Of a stretch of DNA of 52,096 bases, positions 45,393 through 52,096 are shown piece after piece. The notes beneath the pieces were generated by a model. The model was not told where the DNA came from. It made no database searches and saw only the letters and a program-made list of their open reading frames with translations. Numbering within the stretch: the first letter of the stretch is position 1; each line of letters opens with the position of its first letter. The position numbers and the translations under genes are program-made. The stretch is from an uncultured bacterium (GTDB lineage: Bacteria; JAJVIF01; JAPKYR01), in contig CBDUXL010000001.1 in NCBI GenBank assembly GCA_965371155.1, positions 1 through 52,096 on the forward strand, in the 5' to 3' direction.

Positions 45393-48300
45393 GTGAATCC
45401 AAAAGCATCAATGCGACGTAAAACCGACAAGCAGCACGCTGGGAAGACAAAGATTGTGGAACCCAATTGGGAAGCTTTGACCCCAGGCCAATTTGAAGTA
45501 TTCGTTTTTCACTTGGTGAAAGCTCTAGGCTTTGAAGAAGTAAAACTCCGAGGAGCCACTGGTGACAAAGGCGAGGATGTTATAGGAATCCTCCCATCTC
45601 CTGCAGATCTATTTCCCTCTATAAGACGCAAGTTTGTCTTCCAGTGTAAGCGCTCTAAGAACGTTAAGCCGGCGGACATTAGACATGAGATCGCACGGTT
45701 TGCCAACAGGCCTATTGACACTTGGATTCTTGTTACGACCGCAAGAGGAACTAATAGCCTCTCTGACTACATCAGTGAATTCAGTAAACATAAACATTGT
45801 GACTTCTACACTGACGTTGTGTGGAGAAGCCAACTCAATGCTCTCATAATGGACCATGCTCCCCACCTTATATCACGTTTGCCCCCCGCTATCATCGAGG
45901 CACTTGACCTTCCTTCCTATCTTAAGTACAGCATCGCCTCATCCCAATGGGATCATTCCTTTATTGCCAAATGCCGTAATCTGGTTAATCACAACATAGA
46001 TACCTTCGCAAAAGGTAAGTATATTCCTCGTCTGTATGTAAGCCGGAAACTTGAGGATGAAATACGAGCCTTCCATTCACTAGAACCGTTACTGGCAAAT
46101 AAGCTAAGGCTCCTTGCCAATGATACTATCGCGTCAACAACTCACATACATCAAGAAGTCATACCGAAGACGTTGCTTTCTCTAGAACAACTCTACTCTT
46201 TCGTTAAAAGTAAGACAGATGGCCTCAATGCAAGCCAGGAAGTACGACACCTTAGCAAAGTCATATCTAAGCTGAAGCAACTGCTAGATAAAACAACTGG
46301 AGTTCTTGCAAGCGCAAAGGAACTCTCGTCGCAATTGCCTAACTCGAATCTAATGGATCAGGCCTCACTCCACAATAACCTTCAACATATTGTGAAGCAG
46401 CTTGTAGCGCTCTGTAAGTCTATGGCGACTGTTTCTGCGGATCGCGACCGAGACATTGACCAAATCCTCGATCGACTTGCTGATTTATGCGCCTCTTTGC
46501 GTCGGCAGAAACAACGTAGGAAGCGCGAGTTAGCTTCCTCCCTTACGAAACTGCTGAAATCAGTTCGAAACGAGACCTGGAAGGCTTTAAAAGAAGGATT
46601 ATCTCGGGTTGAGAATTTACTCGACGATCTTGCCGACAAGCTATCCAGGGCGACGAAACCCATTACAGTTATTGTTGACAGAGCTGGTGGCGGCAAGACC
46701 AGTCTCCTTTGTGAAGTTGCTTCCAACCTTTCACGGGATTTTCCGACTCTCCTATTTTTCGGAAGAGATCAAATTCATCAGAAGGGCATGTTAATTGGGA
46801 TTATCGAAAACCTCGTTCAGGATTGTTTCGATGAAGACATTGATGATCCTCTTTCTGTGCTTGATAGCACATTGAAGGCACGCGGATCCTTTCTCCATGT
46901 ATTCATAGATGCTATCAATGAGAATAGGTGTATTCCAGAATTAGATGTTGCGCTGCTGGAATTTATAACATGGAGCTCAAAACACCGTATTCGCGTAACC
47001 ATTAGCTGTCGCGACATCTACTTGAGCTTTTTTGATTCCGCTAGTTGGGTTGACCAGGTATTTTCTATCATGCGCGGCGAGTTACACGATTTTTCAGATG
47101 AGGAATTCGAACGAGCCCTTCCCCTCTATCTCGAGCACTACAAAATCGACTGTACAATGGACGAAGCGGCGCTGGTTGCATGCCGTCATCCATTACTACT
47201 ACGTTTTTTCTGCGAGGCCTACGGGGACCCGGAGGGTAAACTGGTTTTTCTTCCGCCTATACATGATATCCGCCTTTGGCAACTGTTCACGCTGTATTGG
47301 ACCCGCAAGCTTGAGTTGATTCGTAAGCGATTAGGACATGTGAATGAGCATTCAATATCGCAGTTTCTTATGCGTCTGGCGGACTTTATGTATTCGCAGT
47401 GCACGACTGACATCAAAACAGACAAGCTTGCAGAAGTCACTGAGGAAAGCGATATCAGTACTGAGTCGTCTCTATATCTTCGCGTATTAGATGAGGATAT
47501 TATTTTTGAGGAACAACCTACTGGGGATGTAACAGTGCGAAGAGTGTTCTTCGTATACGAGGAGTTTATGGAGTACATCCTGGCGAGATCACGGTTAGAG
47601 GAAGTTAGAAGTAAGAATCGAAATTGCTCCGAATTGTTTAAGGAATTGCGAGGAAAATTCGATAGTTGGGTTAATGCAAGGGGAGTGATGGAGTATATTG
47701 TGTTGATGTTGGCGGGAGATGATGAGTGGCTCATAAGGGAATCTGCTCTAGAGCTATTAAGAGAAATGGTGTGTGCTGGAGGAATATGGGTCGAGGCTTT
47801 TTGGTCCGTAGTTGGCAAAATTCCCGAGGAATTACTGGTACCATCGCTTTATGATTTGTTCCCAGATGCAATATTAGGTTTAGAGAATGTCGAGCCTATC
47901 GTGTCCGCTGCTATTGGAGTGTCAAGATTCAGTGCTGATACGAGCGGGGAGTTCATTCAAGTCCTATTGCTATCTGGGGCTTTACCTTCAGTGATCTCTT
48001 GGTCGGAACTTAATGGTTTGCAGTCACGTGATGCGGCAGAGTTCCCAAATTACGCCAATGAACTTTGTGAATTAGGGAAAAATGAGCCTATATGTGCAAT
48101 AGGTATTGATGACCTTCGCATTCTGATTATAAATTTATTTCCATACTTGGAAAAACAAAAACAACTTGTAGTGGCACAAAACAATGATATCGAAATAGAG
48201 TTTCCGGGGCTTTGGCCGGATTTCGTATGTTTTGACGGCGTTGAGGGATTTCTGCAAAAGTTTCATAGTGTCTTCTCAGAGACTTCATTTTATCTTCTGA

Positions 48301-48476
48301 ACGGGCTTTTTAGTCCCGACCAGGGAACAAGGCACTTGTGTCTCAGTAGATTGACAACGGATGCGCACTCATTTCCAAAGGCATTGCAGCTTGCCGAATG
48401 CATTTACAGTGTGACAACCCAACCCGGGTATTGGAGAAAGAGCCATACTAGTGGTGCACCTCATAAAAATCGTTAG
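45393..48476 (+). CDS. Mrr-like PD-(D/E)xK nuclease fused to a STAND/NACHT-like P-loop NTPase and a helical-repeat C-terminus (Avs-like architecture)
   Basis: The N-terminal Mrr_cat pattern is LTPGQFEVFVFHLVKALGF...GDKGEDVIG...FVFQCKRSKN. Walker A is VIVDRAGGGKTSLL and Walker B is FLHVFIDAINE. The C-terminus is long and alpha-helical. The gene is low in GC. The start may be the GTG at 45393 or the ATG at 45411. Confidence 0.75.
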   Translation: MNPKASMRRKTDKQHAGKTKIVEPNWEALTPGQFEVFVFHLVKALGFEEVKLRGATGDKGEDVIGILPSPADLFPSIRRKFVFQCKRSKNVKPADIRHEIARFANRPIDTWILVTTARGTNSLSDYISEFSKHKHCDFYTDVVWRSQLNALIMDHAPHLISRLPPAIIEALDLPSYLKYSIASSQWDHSFIAKCRNLVNHNIDTFAKGKYIPRLYVSRKLEDEIRAFHSLEPLLANKLRLLANDTIASTTHIHQEVIPKTLLSLEQLYSFVKSKTDGLNASQEVRHLSKVISKLKQLLDKTTGVLASAKELSSQLPNSNLMDQASLHNNLQHIVKQLVALCKSMATVSADRDRDIDQILDRLADLCASLRRQKQRRKRELASSLTKLLKSVRNETWKALKEGLSRVENLLDDLADKLSRATKPITVIVDRAGGGKTSLLCEVASNLSRDFPTLLFFGRDQIHQKGMLIGIIENLVQDCFDEDIDDPLSVLDSTLKARGSFLHVFIDAINENRCIPELDVALLEFITWSSKHRIRVTISCRDIYLSFFDSASWVDQVFSIMRGELHDFSDEEFERALPLYLEHYKIDCTMDEAALVACRHPLLLRFFCEAYGDPEGKLVFLPPIHDIRLWQLFTLYWTRKLELIRKRLGHVNEHSISQFLMRLADFMYSQCTTDIKTDKLAEVTEESDISTESSLYLRVLDEDIIFEEQPTGDVTVRRVFFVYEEFMEYILARSRLEEVRSKNRNCSELFKELRGKFDSWVNARGVMEYIVLMLAGDDEWLIRESALELLREMVCAGGIWVEAFWSVVGKIPEELLVPSLYDLFPDAILGLENVEPIVSAAIGVSRFSADTSGEFIQVLLLSGALPSVISWSELNGLQSRDAAEFPNYANELCELGKNEPICAIGIDDLRILIINLFPYLEKQKQLVVAQNNDIEIEFPGLWPDFVCFDGVEGFLQKFHSVFSETSFYLLNGLFSPDQGTRHLCLSRLTTDAHSFPKALQLAECIYSVTTQPGYWRKSHTSGAPHKNR

Positions 48477-48550
48477 GGTGTGAGCTGGGATTGATTTTGC
48501 CGGGCTCATCGTTGACAGGGGCGTGACTGTCTGCGGCCGCAGGAGTGTAA

Positions 48551-48578
48551 GGGCAGGGCACGCGCCCCTACGCGCACC
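48551..48578. repeat. Degenerate REP-like GC element (family A related)
   Basis: gggcagggcacgcgcccctacgcgcacc shares gcgcccctacg with the other family A copies. It is intergenic and GC-rich. Confidence 0.4.
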
Positions 48579-48736
48579 AGCAAGCCGATCCAGGGGATTC
48601 CCGGGGTGATGTCGATAATCGACGGCAAGCTCCCCCCGCATCTCGACGGACCCAGAGTCACCCCGGCGCCGCCGGATATCCCACGCCCCGCTCCGTCCAA
48701 AACCCACATTCCCGAGGGCGATCCCGCCCCGCCGAT

Positions 48737-49393
48737 TCATTCCATCCCCCAATGCCCCTCGGCGGCCAACTCGATCAGCTCGTCAGCCTTTCGCCAGATC
48801 AGATCCTGATCGAATCTCAGCCCGATGGTCCTGGTGGTGTCAGCCACACTGGGGAAAAGGGTTTCGAAATAGAACCTGCGCTTCTCGCGTTTCCTGCCGG
48901 CCAATTCCAGGATGCGCTCTTGACCCAACCCGAGCTCCTGGAACACGATCGGGAGAAGTCTCTCCAGCATCTTCTCACGCAGCGGCTTGGATGATTCAAA
49001 CAGCTCGGTTCGGATGTCGGCAGGCAGCTTAATGAAGCTGTTTATGCTGCTCAACTCACTGAGGAACTTCTCCTTCGCCGCGAAGTAATCGATCAGAAAA
49101 TCCGGCAGCTCCTTGAGTCTATCTTTGGGGACTGTTTCACCAGTGTGCTCCAGGATGTCGGAGTAGTGCTCCTCGACGTACGCGTCCCTCAACTCCCGAA
49201 ACCTGCGGTAGAATTCGTTCAGATCGTCGCGCCCGACAAGATCGGAGAAGTCAAACTCACCTCTCCTGATTCCCCCAACCACAAACCGGAAGAACTTGAC
49301 CTTCAATACCCCAGCGTTCGGAAAAACAGCCAGGACAAACAGGTCCCGAACCTTCCTAAATAGCCGCTGAATCTCTTTGGGTATGATTGCCAT
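48737..49393 (-). CDS. Hypothetical protein (218 aa)
   Basis: It is a clean ORF with coding-like composition. I recognised no family. It lies downstream of family C copy 2. Confidence 0.5.
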   Translation of the reverse strand: MAIIPKEIQRLFRKVRDLFVLAVFPNAGVLKVKFFRFVVGGIRRGEFDFSDLVGRDDLNEFYRRFRELRDAYVEEHYSDILEHTGETVPKDRLKELPDFLIDYFAAKEKFLSELSSINSFIKLPADIRTELFESSKPLREKMLERLLPIVFQELGLGQERILELAGRKREKRRFYFETLFPSVADTTRTIGLRFDQDLIWRKADELIELAAEGHWGME

Positions 49394-49525
49394 AGCGTCG
49401 CTCCTCTGGACCTAGGTTAGCTCCTGCCATGAGCATACCACCAAAATCGGAGTGTGCAGATGGGTATCCTTGCTTGGCGTACTTCTGACTGCACCGATAC
49501 ACCCTTGAAGAACTTCTTGAGACCG

Positions 49526-49690
49526 GCCCGTACAGCCCCATATTTGCCCAAGATGACCTAGACCCTTGCTGGACCATGGATCGACCCTTCTACCGCCCGA
49601 TATACGCATGTGGGAAATCGGGCTTCTACACGTGGCTTCTGGTGCGGGCTACAGAGCACGATTTTAGCAGTTTCTGGTTTCAAGGGGAGG
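49526..49690. repeat. Dispersed ~165-bp repeat, family C, copy 2
   Basis: See copy 1 at 40711-40875. Confidence 0.9.
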
Positions 49691-49768
49691 TGCAGTTCAG
49701 TCAGGTCTGTATCCAACTTCTTGAAAATCTGCCCGAAAAGGCGATGGGTGAATGACTCGGACTGCCGG

Positions 49769-52096
49769 TCAATTCTGTTCGGGAGACTGGTCCAACTGCG
49801 AGCGGATGTCGTCGAGTATGGGCTTGATCTCTTTTTCGGCGATCTGCGCAAAGCCGTGCTCAGTGGCGAGCCGATGCGCCTCCTCGGCCAGTGGGAGAGC
49901 GTCCTTAGGCTTTCCTTTCTTAGTCAACAACTCCGCCTGGCATGCAAGGCACTCAGCCAGCCCATCCAGCAGGCCAAGCTCGCGGCAGATGGCCTCCTCC
50001 TCCTTATGAAGCGCCATCGCGTCGTCCAGATCGCCTCGGTCTCTGAGTATCGACCCCTGGTTGCCAAGAGAGATCGAAAGGAAAGCCAGGTCACCAAGCT
50101 CGCGGCAGATGCGCCCGGCTTCCTTGTAGAGTGCCATCGCACCGTCCAAGTCGCCACGATCCTTGAGTATCAGCCCCTGGTTGCCAAGAGAGAACTGAAG
50201 GTCTTGCAGGTTACCAAGCTCGCGGCAGATGCGCTCCTGCTCCTTGAAGAGCGCCATCGCACCGTCCAGATCACCACGTTTTTGGAGTATTATTCCTTGG
50301 TTGACAAGAGAGGTCTGAAGGCTAGCCGGGTCACCAAGCTCGCGGCAGATGCGTTCCTCCTGTTCATGAAGCGCCATAGCACCGTCCAGGTCGCCACGTT
50401 CTGTGAGTATCACCCCCTGGTTGCCAAGAGAGGCCTGAAGGAATGCCTGATTGCCAAGCTCGCGGGAGATGCGCTCATCCTCCTTGTAGAGCACCATCGC
50501 GCCGTCCAGGTCGTGACGATAATAGAGTACCACCCCCTGGTTGTTTAGGCTCCGCGAAAGGCCATCCTGGTCATCGAGTTCGCGGCAGATGCGCTCCTGT
50601 TCCTTATAGAGCACCATGGCACCGTCCAGATCGCCACGGTTCCTGAGTATCAGCCCCTGGCCACGTAGGCACGCTGCGTGGTTCTTGAGGTCATCTGTCT
50701 GACGGTACCGCTCCGCAAGAAATTGCCATAGTGAGAGTGCCTCCGAGAGATGGCCGGTGTCTCTCAGCAGACTTGACACACTCATTAGTGGCTCGCCATC
50801 TGGAACCTTATCGGGCACATCCAGTACGGGCTTGTAGGCATCCACCAGACGCAAGGGAGAAGATCCTTCGATTTTCACCCAATGGCGCTTTACCTCAAAC
50901 TCGTTCTCCTCCCAGGCCGTCTTGAAGAACTCAAGATCGGCCAGCAAATCATGAAGCCCCTGCCAGGATTCTGCCTCGCAAAGCAGCCACGGGAGTTCGT
51001 CGACTACTCGCGGGCTTAACTCCAGCGCGGCGAAATATTCAGCCAGATGCAGATGGCGTTTTTGCTGGTTCTCTACCGTTGGCAGATACCGATCTTCGAC
51101 CGCCCGACGCAGATAGTCATGAAAAAACCCGATCAAACCTGAACGACTCACGAGTGAGTGTTCCGCTGCCAAATAGAGCGGAGCGAACACTGCAACTGGA
51201 AGTGATTCGCTATTAACGCCAAGGAGATCAAGAAGCTCCGCTTCCGAAAGACCGCAACGCGCAGCCCAAAGAAATGTCATCGAATCGCGCACCAGACCCG
51301 GTCGCTCGCGCTCATAATCCTCTTCGTAGCGTTCAAGGATCTTCCCATACAGGGCAGGCACAGTGTCGGCGTGCAGGTAATGGCCAATTCGCTCATCGAG
51401 CAGTTCATGTTCCCCGAATAACCGAAGTTCCTCCAACAAGGCCCTGAGAAAGAGCGGGTTGCGCGTTTGGTCGGCGTCCGCGATCTTTTCAACTTGAGTC
51501 TTGCTGAGACTTTTTCGGTACTGCCCAAGGTAATCGCGGATTAACTGCTTGCGTTCATCATCCTGAAGCGGTTTGACGTTCATTGTCGGCCATTCGCGCT
51601 TTTTCAGATCATCCAAAGGTCGGCCGGGAAGAGTAGATAAAATGAGCCTGATTTTCTCCGGGATGAATGGCGGCAGCCATACGAGGTCGGGTGCGTTGTC
51701 GCGGTCTTCTAGTTGGTTGAGTGCATCGAGGATCAACACTATTCTCCCGTCACCGACTCTCGCGTTCGCCATGTGAAGCCAGTTCGCAAACGCCGGGCGG
51801 AGCTTGTCCGGTTCAGTGGGGATGTCTTCCTTGATGTCAAAATGTCTCTTGAACTCCCCCATTATGCGCCTGAGCATTGCGGCCCAATCCGCACTGTACG
51901 GAGTCGCGCCGATAAAGTGCATGAGGAAAAGACCGTCAGGATGATCCTGACGGCACCGAGCCGCCCAGTTCGCCAAGAGTGCTGATTTGCCTGAGCCGGA
52001 TTCGCCCAATACAACCAACGGTTGACTGTCCGACTGAACGTGCTTGTCCAGACGATCAAAATACTCCTGCCGCCCGATATACACCTTGAATCGACT
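49769..52096 (-). CDS. NACHT/STAND P-loop NTPase with a C-terminal 40-aa TPR array; the 5' end probably runs off the window
   Basis: Walker A is LVVLGESGSGKSALL and Walker B is RIVLILDALNQLED. At least 8 repeats show GDLDGAM.LYKE.ERICRELGD. The reading frame stays open from 52084 to the window edge. Confidence 0.8.
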   Translation of the reverse strand, partial: SRFKVYIGRQEYFDRLDKHVQSDSQPLVVLGESGSGKSALLANWAARCRQDHPDGLFLMHFIGATPYSADWAAMLRRIMGEFKRHFDIKEDIPTEPDKLRPAFANWLHMANARVGDGRIVLILDALNQLEDRDNAPDLVWLPPFIPEKIRLILSTLPGRPLDDLKKREWPTMNVKPLQDDERKQLIRDYLGQYRKSLSKTQVEKIADADQTRNPLFLRALLEELRLFGEHELLDERIGHYLHADTVPALYGKILERYEEDYERERPGLVRDSMTFLWAARCGLSEAELLDLLGVNSESLPVAVFAPLYLAAEHSLVSRSGLIGFFHDYLRRAVEDRYLPTVENQQKRHLHLAEYFAALELSPRVVDELPWLLCEAESWQGLHDLLADLEFFKTAWEENEFEVKRHWVKIEGSSPLRLVDAYKPVLDVPDKVPDGEPLMSVSSLLRDTGHLSEALSLWQFLAERYRQTDDLKNHAACLRGQGLILRNRGDLDGAMVLYKEQERICRELDDQDGLSRSLNNQGVVLYYRHDLDGAMVLYKEDERISRELGNQAFLQASLGNQGVILTERGDLDGAMALHEQEERICRELGDPASLQTSLVNQGIILQKRGDLDGAMALFKEQERICRELGNLQDLQFSLGNQGLILKDRGDLDGAMALYKEAGRICRELGDLAFLSISLGNQGSILRDRGDLDDAMALHKEEEAICRELGLLDGLAECLACQAELLTKKGKPKDALPLAEEAHRLATEHGFAQIAEKEIKPILDDIRSQLDQSPEQN
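49974..50690. repeat. In-frame 120-bp tandem DNA repeats encoding the TPR units
   Basis: ccaagctcgcggcagatg recurs at 49974, 50094, 50214, 50334, 50454 (one mismatch) and about 50574 (diverged). Confidence 0.85.

Noticed and set aside
47219-47818. 199-aa minus-strand ORF inside the Mrr-STAND gene
   Set aside because: It is antisense, Ser-rich and low in complexity.
48369-48809. GC-rich ORFs between the Mrr-STAND gene and the 48737 gene
   Set aside because: The translations are Pro/Gly/Arg-rich and span a degenerate REP-like element. The ORFs overlap one another on both strands.
40540-49609. Shared peptide MRISGGRRVDPWSSKGLGHLGQIWGCTG at the start of the ORFs at 40540-40794 and 49412-49609
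   Set aside because: The identity lies at the nucleotide level within repeat family C. The ORFs diverge immediately outside the repeat, and the peptide has no signal or domain character.
49610-50548. 312-aa plus-strand ORF with its own internal repeats
   Set aside because: It is the antisense translation of the 120-bp TPR repeats. Its periodicity is inherited from the minus-strand gene.

Overview
This is a 52 kb window of mid-to-high GC bacterial DNA, probably from an uncultivated lineage. I saw no rRNA, tRNA or CRISPR array by eye. It has four parts.

(1) 0.1-17 kb looks like host core. It holds a divergent DAHP-synthase-like gene, a receiver-domain protein, two secreted beta-propeller/lipoprotein genes, and a seven-gene minus-strand alpha-glucan operon: galT-like, two GH57 genes, DUF4912-like, glgC, glgA and a GH57 branching enzyme.

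(2) 17.3-26.2 kb starts with an orphan MNT nucleotidyltransferase and a transglutaminase-like gene. It then carries an integrative-element module on the minus strand: a large serine recombinase, an iteron-rich origin-like region, an SF3 primase-helicase-like replicase, small ORFs and an ATPase-wHTH-TPR protein.

(3) 26.7-36.6 kb, on the plus strand and visibly lower in GC, is the most interesting part. A coiled-coil/Mrr_N-like wHTH gene is followed by a tight seven-gene operon. The operon encodes a PLD(HKD)-SF2 helicase, a 66-aa protein, a DndD-like SMC ATPase, a DndE-position helical protein, a DGQHR/DndB-like protein, a radical SAM enzyme and a GHKL/MORC-like ATPase. It has no DndA/DndC (or SspA/SspD) and no methyltransferase. 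I read it as a candidate undescribed Dnd-derived DNA modification/defence system in which radical SAM chemistry replaces sulfur mobilisation.

(4) 37-52 kb holds two more paralogous lipoproteins (SBBP and LVIVD propellers), a gene-fragment graveyard, an Mrr-nuclease-STAND (Avs-like) protein, a hypothetical gene and a NACHT-TPR protein cut by the window edge.

Several dispersed and tandem repeat families punctuate the intergenic regions: GC-rich REP-like hairpins, a 30-bp hairpin array, and two roughly 155-165 bp repeat pairs.

All family assignments come from motif recognition by eye, not from searches.
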